This document shows, piece after piece, positions 37,304 to 50,759 of a DNA stretch of 64,000 bases; position 1 is the stretch's first letter, and each line of letters begins with the position of its first letter. A program made the translations under genes and the position numbers. The stretch spans positions 154,635,741 through 154,699,740 of the forward strand of contig CM041465.1 of assembly GCA_023213395.1 (NCBI GenBank), read 5' to 3'. Source of the DNA: Cycas panzhihuaensis. Taxonomy: Eukaryota > Plantae > Cycadophyta. The notes below the pieces were generated by a model that saw only the letters and a list, made by a program, of their open reading frames with translations, made no database searches and had not been told where the DNA came from.

Positions 37304-40063
37304 TGCCATGTGTACTCAACCCATATGCCTAAGCAATAACTTCTTATTAAGTCAAGGCATCCCTCAGCCCATCCCATCTTACCAGTCTTACTTGTAGGAA
37401 CCCTAACTTAAAAATTTAATCCACCTCAACCTATTTTACTACCTTTTGATCCCTTAACCTAACTTAGGGTATGACCCTTCATTGACTATTGAACTAGGCT
37501 ACTTTCTCTGGAAGTACTTAGAACCAACTTACCACCCTACCCTTTAGAATTGCTTAAGTTTAAGGGTACTTTATCATAGGACCTTAGGGACCATATCAAG
37601 GCATTTGCCTTAACATATGTTAACTATTAGCCATATGACCACATCTTGATAAAATTATTCATCATATCCCTTTAACATGATGCACTCAAACAATTCTACC
37701 ACCTGCCAAGTCATTTCATCTTCTGCTCTTAATAATTAGTGTATATATTTGTTAACTACTTTAATGTATCATGTCCATTTAAGAGTGGGGCTAAATCCCT
37801 AACTTCTCCCAAACAAGGCAATAATGAGATCAACTAACACTTCATTTACTGGTTTTATAATTTATTATACTCATCCAAGGATGTTATACCTAAATATTTA
37901 AAATGATATATATATTCATAGATGCTCTCCATCCTAAGGTCCACATAAAAGTACTTAAAATGGGCACAATTACATGTGATTTTATAATTATAGAATTCGT
38001 TACTCTAGAATTTATCAAGATCCAAGCAAGATTAAAAAGATTGAATAAACCTCCCCTATGATATAAGATACTACCAGTGTTGTGAGATCTAAGGCCTCAA
38101 CCATAGGCTCTTAGGCTAGTAGCAGATAATCATGACAAAACCATGGACTCCCTTACTTTTGTAGTTCACTCATTTTAGCGAGTGATGTAAGAACTTAAAT
38201 TGTAACCAACTGATGAAGATGAAATGGCCTGCCATGTGTACTCAACCCATATGCCTAAGCAATAACTTCTTATTAAGTCAAGGCATCCCTCAGCCCATCC
38301 CATCTTACTAGTCTTACTTGTAGGAACCCTAACTTAAAAATTTAATCCACCTCAACCTATTTTACTACCTTTTGATCCCTTAACCTAACTTAGGGTATGA
38401 CCCTTCATTGACTATTGAACTAGGCTACTTTCTCTTGAAGTACTTAGAACCAACTTACCACCCTACCCTTTAGAAGTGCTTAAGTTTAAGGGTACTTTAT
38501 CATAAGACCTTAGGGACCATATCAAGGCATTTGCCATAACATATGTTAACTATTAGCCATATGACCACATCTTGATAAAATTATTCATCAGATCCCTTTA
38601 AGATGATGCACTCAAATAATTCTACCACCTGCCAGGTCATTTCATCTTCTGCTCTTAATAATTAGCGTATATATTTGTTAACTACTTTAATGTATCATGT
38701 CCATTTAAGAGTGGGGCTAAATCCCTAACTTCTCCCAAATAAGGCAATAATGAGATCAACTAACACTTCATTTACTGGTTTTATAATTTATTATACTCAT
38801 CCAAGGATGTTCTACCTAAATATTTAAAATGATATATATATTCATAGATGCTCTCCATCCTAAGGTCCACATAAAAGCACTTAAAATGGGCACAATTACA
38901 TGCGATTTTATAATTGTAGAATTCGTTACTCTAGAATTTATCAAGATCCAAGCAAGATTAAAAAGATTGAATAAACCTCCCCTATGATATAAGATACTAC
39001 CAGTGTTGTGAGATCTAAGGCCTCAACCATAGGCTCTTAGGCCAGTAGTAGATAATCATGACAAAACCATGGACTCCCTTACTTTTGTAGTTCACTCATT
39101 TTAGTGAGTGATGTAAGAACTTAAATTGTAACCAACTGATGAAGATGAAATGGTCTGCCATGTGTACTCAACCCATATGCCTAAGTAATAACTTCTTATT
39201 AAGTCAAGGCATCCCTCAGCCCATCCCATCTTACTAGTCTTACTTGTAGGAACCCTAACTTGAAAATTTAATCCACCTCAACCTATTTTACTACCTTTTT
39301 ATCCCTTAACCTAACTTAGGGTATGACCCTTCATTGACTATTGAACTAGGCTACTTTCTCTTGAAGTACTTAGAACCAACTTACCACCCTACCCTTTAGA
39401 AGTGCTTAAGTTTAAGGGTACTTTATCATAGGACCTTAGGGACCATATCAAGGCATTTGCCATAACATATGTTAACTATTAGCCATATGACCACATCTTG
39501 ATAAAATTATTCATCAGATCCCTTTAAGATGATGCACTCAAATAATTCTACCACCTGCCAGGTCATTTCATTTTCTGCTCTTAATAATTAACATATATAT
39601 TTGTTAACTACTTTAATGTATCATGTCCATTTAAGAGTGGTGCTAAATCCCTAACTTCTCCCAAATAAGGTAATAATGAGATCAACTAACACTTCATTTA
39701 CTGGTTTTATAATTTATTATACTCATCCAAGGATGTTCTACCTAAATATTTAAAATGATATATATATTCATAGATTCTCTCCATCCTAAGGTCCACATAA
39801 AAGTACTTAAAATGGGCACAATTACATGTGATTTTATAATTGTAGAATTCATTACTCTAGAATTTATCAAGATCCAAGAAAGATTAAAAAGATTGAATAA
39901 ACCTCCCCTATGATATAAGATACTACCAGTTTTGTTAGATCTAAGGCCTCAACCATAGGCTCTTAGGCCTGTAGTAGATAATCATGACAAAACCATGGAC
40001 TCCCTTACTTTTGTAGTTCACTTATTTTAGTGAGTGATGCAAGAACTTAAATTGTAACCAACT
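37304..40063 (+). repeat. 926-bp tandem triplication covering gag
   Basis: Unit start tgccatgtgtactcaacccatatgcc at 37304, 38230 and 39156. Copies nearly identical. Confidence 0.98.
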
Positions 40064-42687
40064 AAAAACTAATAAGAGCCACTTATTCCCTTACATAGGT
40101 GTAGGCTTATTCATCAAGTAATGTAGAATCCTCCTTAAACTAATGGCAATAAGCCTATCTCCCATTAGGAGAAGAAGAACCCTTACCCCTTTACAAAAAG
40201 GTGGTATGTTATCCATCATAATTAAACTCATGATGATGCTTTTTGTTAGACTTAACATTCTAAATAGACACCATTAGGGGGGTCCTTGACTTTAGTCTAT
40301 GCTTAGACTAAATCTAGAGTAGTTCATCCATTAGGATTGTTTTCCAAATTATGAAACACTTATACCTCAAATTCAATAGTAATCTTGATGAGAAAGGGGA
40401 AGACCCTAGTCTCAAAGAAGACAACCATCTAATTTACCTTCAAACTAATCTAGAGATAAATCCTAACCTAAACCAATAAACTCTTCCTCTAAGGATAAAG
40501 ACTCCACTAAAGATTTCTAATTCTATAATACCAAGGCCAAAAGATTAATCTAAATGCTTGAGCCTACTCAAGTATTCAACATGATATAAGGTCAAGTAGT
40601 AAAAGACATTAAAGTGACTTCCTTATCCAAACAACCATCTATTGACCCACAACCTATAGAGATCCCCCTCCTTTTGAAAACTATACATATCTACCTTAAT
40701 CAATATGACCTAAGAAGGGCCCTTCCCTAACCCATAGGCAAGGGGAATATATTCTCAAATGTTAAGGAGCTTCATATAGTGTCTATTAGTATGTCCATGA
40801 TGGACATCTTGTAGAGTTATCCTGATCAATAAAACTTACTTTTAAAGGCCTTAAGGCACAAAGAAATTCTTGTCTATATGGTCTATATCAAGTGAGCCAT
40901 GAGCCACTTCTAAAGAGTAAGAGAGACTTTAGTACTTTCCCTTCTCTATCATGATTGAGACTTTAGAGTTTGACCATAAGAGAACTATGGTAGAGAATAG
41001 ATCCTCAATTATTGTCATGCCCACTTATATGCTTAAGAAACTTAAAATTCAGCCCTTAAATCTATTCCTTAGAAATTATAATGGTATAATGGAAATAAAA
41101 AATTCCCCCTTAGAATAGTTACCACCCCCTCATCCTTGAGAACAAAGGCATCCTTATAAAGATTATGGTTTTGATATCAATATCAATTATAACCTCCTTT
41201 TGGGAAGGCCTTGGCTAGACTAACTAGAGGTAGTTTATTCTTCTTTATAGGGCTTACTGAATTTTGTTTAAATGGAATAGTGTATAATATTACACATGAC
41301 CATCGCTTTCCTATTTATCCCACCCTAATCTTTAAGTTATTTTTGATACTAACATCGAGGAATAAGTTGAATAAGACACATCACTAAAGTTTACTTTCTA
41401 GGACTCATGTCCCTAAGTTGACCAAGATCTCCCTTCTCTATGACCTAACCTAATTCATTTTATTCTAATTGGAGTGGGTATCTATGGATATTTTGCTACC
41501 CTTAATGACCTTAATCTCACCAATAAGATGAAAGGCCTTTTGCATGCTAGGTGGCCATGTTGTCCCAGACCTAAAGGGATGTGTCCCTTGTAGATGCTCC
41601 CCCTATATTTGGCCCTCTTTAAAGGTCCCATCCTCCACTTATGCCCTAATGGGACCTCATAGAAAATCTTGAGACCTTACTTTCATCCCATTCAGTATAT
41701 AGGGTATTCCCTTTTCAATAAGCTTAGGTTGTGTGACACTCATGTCAATTCATCTATGCCTACTACTTAGACTTTCTTAAGGAGATTGTTAAGTTGTTGG
41801 TGGTAGCTCCACCCTCTCTTTAATTCATCCCCCAACCCACCTACCCTATGGAAACCCCATGGGTAACCACCCATTTGGATAATATGATTAAGACTTATAG
41901 GACCTAAGCTAACCAAACCCTTAACCTTAAGTAGCCACCTAACATGTCTTGGTCCTCATGCTCTCCATGTTACTTGAATCCTCTTATGGATTTATAGTAG
42001 ACTCCCTTTAAGGAAGGATGATAATCTCATCCATTTACTATAAACTATGAACATAATCTATCATGTTTGGAACTTTCCTAATCTAGTGGTCATGTAACTC
42101 GATCCATTATAGGCCCCTCTAATCTATGACTTAGATATCAAGTCTAACTTTATTTTCTTGCATGATGAATCCATAATCCACAATACCCCTCCATCATCCC
42201 TTCCTGACAAATTGATAAGTCTTTACATTTTTAACCAAGTACCTAAGAATAATAAACTCCCTCAACCAATCATATAACCCACTTTTAATAAAGAAGATGA
42301 AGATATGAATGGTCAATTTGACCTTTTATTCTAGGACAAAGGGGCCAAGTTTGATCAAGATTCCCTCTCTAACTCCTTACAAGATATCATAGACCCTCTT
42401 CTTATTCTTAAATCATTTATGAATCTACTATAATATCTTTTCTAGAATATTAAGCCCCAATACTAAGATAATTCTTTAGAAGGATCCTTAAAAATCATTG
42501 ACTGAGAGTATGATGATTATCTTAGTCCCCCTCCCATATCCTAGGACAAAGATAAACTACTCTTAGAAAATGATTTCCCTAGAAATGATAAACCAATAAC
42601 CTTACTTTTAGTTGGGATGATCCCTAAACTATTTCTATTTGATAAAACCTACCTTTAGGGGTAACACTTCTATGGTAGTATCCCTCA

Positions 42688-45600
42688 TGAAAGAGATTAA
42701 TGTATTAAGGTCATTTGTGTAGATTAATTAAGTGACGTTAGAGTATATTGTTAGCATTAGTCTCTTAGTAAAATGTGTTTTATGTGTATTTGATTATAAT
42801 TTTAGGTTCGTATTATTAGGCGAGAAAATCCCCTCCCTAATACTCACCCCCAATAATAATAAAAAAAATCTCAAGAATGGAGTCATTATTCATTCTCACC
42901 CATAAACTTTGCTTTCATATATTATTTTCATCTCTTCTTTATTCTCCATTTCTATTGTGCATATGTGAGTAATTTATTCCCTAGATCCATCCTTTCTTCA
43001 TGTGGTATCAGAGCTAGAAGGAGATCTATTCACTCCATTCTACTTGTATTGAGTCATTTTGCCTCTCATTCACCTTTAATGTGAAGTATTGAAAGTGCAC
43101 TCATTATTTTTAAAATTTTAATAGTTTTTTTATCATATAAAGGTTGTATTTCATTTACATCATATTTCAATATCCTTTGTTTATTTGTAAGTGCATTGAA
43201 GATTAAAGTTGTTAGCCAGAAGAAGGTTTTTTGGCTTTAGGCTTTTAGGAAAAATTAACTTTTTATCAATCTTTGTAACTAATTTTAAATTTTACTAAGG
43301 GAGATTCTATTAAATTTTCATCATAAATCAATTGTCAATTATAAAATATATACTATAAAATTATAAGGTAAATTTTTAGCTATTTGTAGTTGGTAGAAAA
43401 AAACCTAAACCATTTAGAAAATGTTGTTTAGTCCTACGAGAGCTAAAAATCAAAAGTTATCTATTTTAGCTAAAACTTTATAGGGAAGGATGTTTAAGTA
43501 AGATAAATATTTTTGTCTTCTACACCATCTCTAAATTTTACCTTGATCGGCCTAAAAAAATAGAAGTTTAATTAGCCCTAATCTAATTATTTTTTAAAGA
43601 AATTTTCTCACAAATTTTAATGCATGTTAAAACTTCTTAAGGGTTTTAGTATATCTAGCCTCAAGGAATCCAGCAAATCAAGTTTTATTAGATTTGATAC
43701 ACCAGAGAGAGAGATTTCTTCAAAATTTAGATTTCTGCTAAGAAAAGTCTGATATGAGTTTTGACGAGTTTCACACTGTTTTTACTCAATTTTAGAAGTC
43801 TTTTCAGAAGACCTTTTGACTCACCATAAAAAGATTTATTATTTAGTAGAGTGAAGTTTTGAGCTGAAACGTTTTGACTGTTTCATATGGTTGTATGGCC
43901 ATATAGAAGTTTTTGAAAGAAAATTTGGATTCCTCTCACTTTTCCTAGTACTTTCTCTCTTGGTTAAAATTTAAGTTTAGAAATAAATTTTTAAGTTTTT
44001 CAGTTTTTCCATTTTCTTAATAAAAAAAGAAAGGGTTTTTCAAATAGTAAAAGCAAAAAAAAACTCATTGTAATAATAAAACACCTAGATTGTAGTAAAA
44101 TCTGGTGTTTATACTTAACATCTTTGTATATTTGTTCATATGTATGCACATTGATAAATAAAAGTATAAAAACAAGTATAAACACATTAGCAATATAAAT
44201 GTAAATATATTTTCATATTCCCTAAAATAAACTCATTGCATTTAATTTATACCGCTAGTTCTTGACTTGTGCGCACACTCACCTTAGTTCAAATAGACCA
44301 CGGTTAGCCAAAGTCTGGGTCCTAAGGGAGGTATGAGTTTTAGGCCAAGTCTAATTTGTAATCAATTAGCCATACCTATAGGCTCTCTTCAAGGATTATC
44401 GTGATAACTAGTCAGGATAACTAAAACTTTAATACAATATTAAAATCAACCCAATCTAATATTTGTCATAGCTCTAGGATACACACATACCTTTTACCTC
44501 TTTTGAGGAGGTATATAATTCCTCACTGGTGAACTAGGTAAGGATTAGGAGTACCTGGACTATACTGTGACTTAGATTTTATCACTAAGTATAGGTGTGA
44601 GTATCTTGGGTGAAGGCCCTAATCGTATACTAGAAATACTAGCTATTAAAACCTCACCTACATTTGGATATAAGTTAAAGGTTAATGGTATAACACATAA
44701 CCACTCTTTATCAACTCTACATTAGACCTCGTTCTTGCATTATTGATTATACTCATTCTTCATAGTTGTTAAAAAATACTTAATTATTGCTTGCCTCCTC
44801 ATCATAGTATTCATTTCTATATCCTTGTTATGCTAAGTGTACTAGCCACACATGTTAGTGGCACATACTTATATCATCTCTTCTACTTCTTCATCATCAC
44901 CATGTCATCTCAATTCAAGCAAAATGTCAACTGCATATTGAAAGATAAAGAAAATTAAAATTTATGGTACACTAAAGTTAAAAATACTGTAAAATATGAA
45001 AGACTTTGGAGAACCCGCTTGTAGCCTACACCCATCATACCTATAATAGCTACAACACCTACTTTTAGTGGAACTACTCTAATAGCTCTTACAGATACCA
45101 CAACCCAACTACAATAGGAGATAGATAATGAAAAGATTTATATAAGAATTTTGTTGGTTACTAATCACTCTTTATACAACTTAATTAATAAATAGCAACA
45201 TGATATAGCCTAGAAGGTCCTTGAAGTTTTCAAGAAGAACTTTGATACCAAGTTAGACTTAGAATTTGTTTATTTTGTTCTAAAAATAGACAAATTAAAA
45301 ATGTAGAAGGGACAAGCTCATGAGACAATAAATCTCCTTTGACCAATAAAACAGACAATTAACAAAGATTTTAAGACCCAATACATTACTTAAGAATTCT
45401 TAATCTAATCATATCTACATATCTATGATTATAAAAACTTACTTGGAAGTCTTAAATCTAGTAGATCATTGAAGACACTCAACTTCAAAGCACATAGTAA
45501 GAAGTTCATAGAATTTAACAAGACCTTTGATACCAACTATGTAGCCTTTGGCTCTCTTCTAGATGTAGCCTTTGAAGTGGAGGAAGAAGCTTGCTACACA

Positions 45601-48600
45601 AAAAATCAAGGTTTCTCTTACAGTAGAGAAAATAATTCAGCAAGAGGAAGTTATAACCTCGAAAGTCTCAAGACCAAGGGTTACCTCAACAAAAACTAAG
45701 ACAGTCAGGCCAAATCAAAATCTCTTTAGGGACTAGTAATCAAACTATTATGTGTGATCGGTGTAACTATAAAGGACACTTTACAAAAGATTGCAGAACT
45801 GCCACTTATAAGTTAGCTAAGTTCCAACCAAAACATAGAGCTCATAATGTTGAAGAAACTTTTGAAGAATCATTTAGTGGTACAAATTTTGTACAAGCAC
45901 ACTTTCAAAGAATTAAGGGATCTTCATCATTAAATACCATTGACCAACCACATAGATACTTTGAAGCTCAGTGTAGATATATCACTTGTGAATTCCCTTT
46001 ACTAATACCAAGTCCTATTAGAATTATAAATAGTGTTGTTTCAATCGATGGATAGTAGATTATGGATATAGGAGTAAATCAACATATGACGTATAATCAA
46101 AGTCTATATCAAATATTTGACTCAAATTTTTAAGGGGTTATTTACATGGATAATAAATCATAATAACATGTTAAAAAAATTAGTAACATTCACCTGAAAC
46201 TCCTAGGCTTAAGAGATTTTACATTGATTTATGTATTATACATACCCAATCTTAAATAAAACTTGCTCTCCCTATTCACACTTATCTCTCATGGATTTAA
46301 TTTGAGTGTATCTGCAAATAACCAGACTCTCCAAGTCATTCATCCTCCAACTCATCAAGTAGTCTTGACTGGACATCTCACTAGTAAACTCTTTTGACTA
46401 AATAACTATGTATCTTCTAAAGTCTATTATGCCTAAAGCCCTTATGATGATGAAGAATTTGCATTTAACACCATTCTGAACTACCCAACATTGTCACCAA
46501 AATCTCTTTAGCATACTCATATGGGCCATGTTCACATTGATAAACTTAGAGATGTTTGTAATACTCTTCCAAGTCTTCCATAGTTCTTCTCTAAGCCCTT
46601 CAAATGTAAATCTTATATTATTGCCAAATCTGATTGATAACCCTTTCCCAAAAGTTAGTAGAAATTGAACCATTTACTATAATTGGTATACTGTAATTTA
46701 TACAAACCAATGCCCATTCCTTCACTGAAGGGCAAGTTATATTGCATCTCTTTTATTGATGATTTCACTAAGAAAGTACAGGTAACTTTTCTACATAAGA
46801 AAGATGAAGCCTTATGTGTATTCAAAAAATTCAAAGCCCACATTGAAAAAGAGTTAGGTTGTCAACTTAAATATCTTTAAATTAATAATAGTGGTGAATA
46901 TACCTCATATGAGTTTAAAATCTACCTTCGAGATAATGGCATCAAATATCAAATAATAGTAGTAGGTACCCCACAATAAAATATAGTTACCTAGTATATG
47001 AATAGGACAATCATTAACATAGCTCGAGCTATGTTGATATACAAAAATATACCTGCCTACCTATGGGCCAAAGCCATTTGGAAAGTTGTTTATTGCATCA
47101 ATGCAATTAGCCTATTAAGGGAAGGATAATCACCTAATAAAAAGTGGTCAGGACAAGCCCTCATTATTTACTACTTTAAAATTTTTGGTTGTATATGTTA
47201 TGCCCATATTTTGGATGCAGATTGAAATAAACTCTAACCAAAGGCACTTAAAGGCATCTTTATTAAAAACCCTATGGACAAAAAAGGATACAAGGTCTTT
47301 ATATTTTCACAACGAGAAATTATCCTTACCAAAAATACCATTTTTACAGAGATAGATGATCAGTTGTTTAGATTGGACTCTAAAACATCCTCACGCCACT
47401 ATAATGATGTTATCAAGTATGATGTTCAGATTCTAAAATTTTGGAAGGGATGGGTGATGGACACATATCAATTACTTTAAATATTGGAAGCTGATAATAA
47501 AGCATTAGAGGATATAATTTATGACTCTAAACTGATGAGTGCACATCCAACACCATCCTTTGAAGATAACAGAGTTGATAAAGGCAAAGCTATTATAAAA
47601 GAATAATCCTCTCCACCTTCGGTTGACAAAGACAAAATAATAGTAAAAAGACCATCTTCCCTAGGTACATCAACATCCTCCTTACAAAATGATCATTTTA
47701 ATGAATAAGATGAGAACCATGAAGTTAAGGATATGAGGACCTCATTTCTAACTTGAGGATCTCATGAAGCCTGCTAGCTCAACAAGGACATACGACTGAA
47801 TAAGGTGGGCAAAACTGGCACTTGAAGTGCCCATAGAGTAAGGATATAGGAATCATTATATACTAAGCTTGAATTAGTAGAACTATACCTTACTCTTAAT
47901 GAAGAGCCTTAATCGTACTAGGAAATTATGAAATATATAGTTTAGAGAAATGTAATGAATAAACAACGCTAATCTCTCATAGAACATGGTATATGGAAGC
48001 TTGTTGACTTACCACTTGGCAAAAAGATAGTTCAAAATAAATAGGTATTAAAATATAAATACAGATTAGATGACAGTTGTAAAAAATACAAGGCGAGGTT
48101 GGTAGCTAAAGGATTTACATAAAAGGAAGGCATTGACTACACTAAAGTCTTTGCACCTATAACCAAGTGGCCTACAATTAGAACTCTTATGACCTTGGTA
48201 ACTTAATAGGCCTAGAAAATCCACCAACTTGATATTAAAATTGTATTTCTCAATGGGGATCTTAAAGAAGAAATTTATATGGCTTAATTAGAAGGATACG
48301 GGATCAAAGGTTAAGAGCATAAGGTTTTTAGACTCAGAAAGTCCTTGTACGACCTTAAACAAGCCCCTTGTGCTTAGTTTGCTAAGTTGTATAAAAGAAT
48401 GAGACAACTTAGATATGAGGCTTATGACTACTTAGATATTGATGCAACACTATTCATCAAGCACTAAAAGGATAAAGTCACTTATCTCATAATCTTTATG
48501 GATAACATACTAGTAAGGGGTAATAATGAATAGGTAATAAGCTAGTTGAAAAAGGACCTTAGCAAAATGTTTGAATTATCTGACTTTGGTTTGATGAAAT

Positions 48601-50206
48601 ATTATTTGAGAATTGATGTAACATAAAATAATAGAAAAAGTTTTCTCTCCCAAGAAAAATATATTAATGATCTTCTAACCAAGTTTTAGTTAGAGGATAC
48701 TCGATCAATAGATTTATCTATGGATACTAATACCAAACTCTTAGCTAATAGTGACACTAGGGAGGCAGACGCAATACTCTACAAAAAACTTGTAGGTAGT
48801 CTCATCTACACTACAAATACAAGGCTAGATATTGCACACTATGTTGGTATTCTTGCACAATTCATAATAAATCCTAAGTAGAATCACTGGTAGGCTATAG
48901 TTCAAGTGTTAAAATACCTAAAGATAATCCACGAATTTGGTCTATTATTTGAACTTAATAATGAATTTAAGATTTCTACATACATAAACGTAGACTTTGC
49001 AGGAGATAAAGATACAAGTAGATCTACATCTAGGTATGTAATATTTCTTAGAACAACACCAATATCATGGAGATCCAAATAATAGAAGATAGTTACTGAT
49101 TCAACTATCAAAGCTAAATACATTGCTACTTCTAAGACCAGTAAGGAGGTGATATAGCTTAGAAAATTATTAGAAACATTGAATATCACCCAAACAAGTC
49201 CTACCAACCTTCATGTGGATAATCAATCAACAATCCACATGGAAAAAAATTATATATTTTATAATTATATCAATCATATAAGTACAAAAGTCTATAGGAT
49301 TAGAGAACTAGTTCATGATGGCATAATTCAACTAGAATACTACTCCACAGTAGATCAAGTAGTTGATATCTTCACCAAACCATTGTAAAGGGTAAAGTTT
49401 GAACAATTTCAAAGGTAGCTCAGCCTTAGGGCCTCTATCTTCAATTGATCAAAGAAGATGGCAATATAATCATCATACTCTATTCTATTCGTGAAAACTC
49501 TTTATGAGTGTGGAAGAATAAGAGTAAGTATCTACTATATTCTATTTATAAAAATCCCATGTAGGTACAGAATGATAAGGGTTGTACTAGTTTTAGAAAA
49601 TCAGAACCTATGAAAACCTGAAAGGGCATAGGAGATGACCAAACAGTATATGGAGACTCAGCAGATCAAGCTACACATTTAAACTACTTAGATACCAAGC
49701 TACATTAAGAGCTACCTTAGCTATTTTGATTTATAAAAGGGGCTATAAATCTTAAAAAGTCCATGGGTTTTTATTCCCCATGATGGTTTTTCTACGAAAG
49801 TGTCATTTAGAATTTTAGTGTAAGAATGAAGCTTAAATAAATACCTCATAGAATAGATTTTCTCAAAATGACCTTTTACCATTAAGGGGGGATTAAAAGA
49901 GGTTAATGTATCAAAATCATTTATATAAATTAATTAAGTGACCTTAGAATATATTATTAGTATTAGTCTCTTAGCGAAATACACTTTATGTGTATTTAGT
50001 TGTAATTTTGAGTTCATGTCATTAGGTAAGAAAATCATAACCCTAATGCTCACCTTCAATAATAAGAGATAAAATCTCAAGGAATGAGTTATTATTCATT
50101 CTCACCTCTAAGCTTTGCTCTCATATTATATTTTCATCTCTTTTTCATTCTCTATTGCTATTGTATTCATGTGAGTAATTTATTCCCTAAATCCATCCTT
50201 CCTTCA
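42688..50206 (+). mobile_element. Full-length degenerate Ty1/Copia LTR retrotransposon
   Basis: 313-bp LTRs 42688..43000 and 49894..50206. Perfect TSD cctca (42683-42687 / 50207-50211). Perfect PBS tggtatcagagc (43003-43014). PPT aagggggga (49884-49892). Confidence 0.95.
44902..49448 (+). pseudogene. Copia gag-pol, heavily decayed
   Basis: Zn knuckle CDRCNYKGHFTKDC (45753). Protease (W)IMDIGVNQHMT (~46056). Integrase YCISFIDDFTK (~46740). RT KYKARLVAKGF (~48084). RH DQVVDIFTKPL (~49355). Confidence 0.88.
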
Positions 50207-50759
50207 CCTCAAGCAGTAACCCCACACCTACACAAGACACTACCTTATTAATCAATAAAAAGAGGCTAAATTTTCCTTTTAAATCATTTATTACTAAGGA
50301 TATTAAATAATTATAATACCATCTTTAACACAACTTTATAACATGTTGAGCTCTTTAAAAAAACTTCTTTAAGATCTAAACATTACATGTATACATCGAA
50401 ATATAATGCAAACTATTAAAATAATAAAATAATCATTCACAAAAGAGTACAGTTGAGATATAAAAATATTCATGGATAAATCTGTCACACTTTGAGGCTT
50501 AGATCTAGTAGAGATTCCATATTACTAAAGAATCAATATCTAAACTATAGGTCAAATTCTCAATATATAGGCAATTTACCCATATTTACAAAGAATTGAT
50601 TAGCTGACATGTCGACATAAGTGGCAGACCCAACACATTTATAAATTATGATTAAATTGCAAAGGGGTCATGCCTAAAGTACATCAATATACATATATGC
50701 ATTTATATTATAAGGTAATGAAGGTGAAATTATAAGTTTTAATAGCATCTTCATTACAT

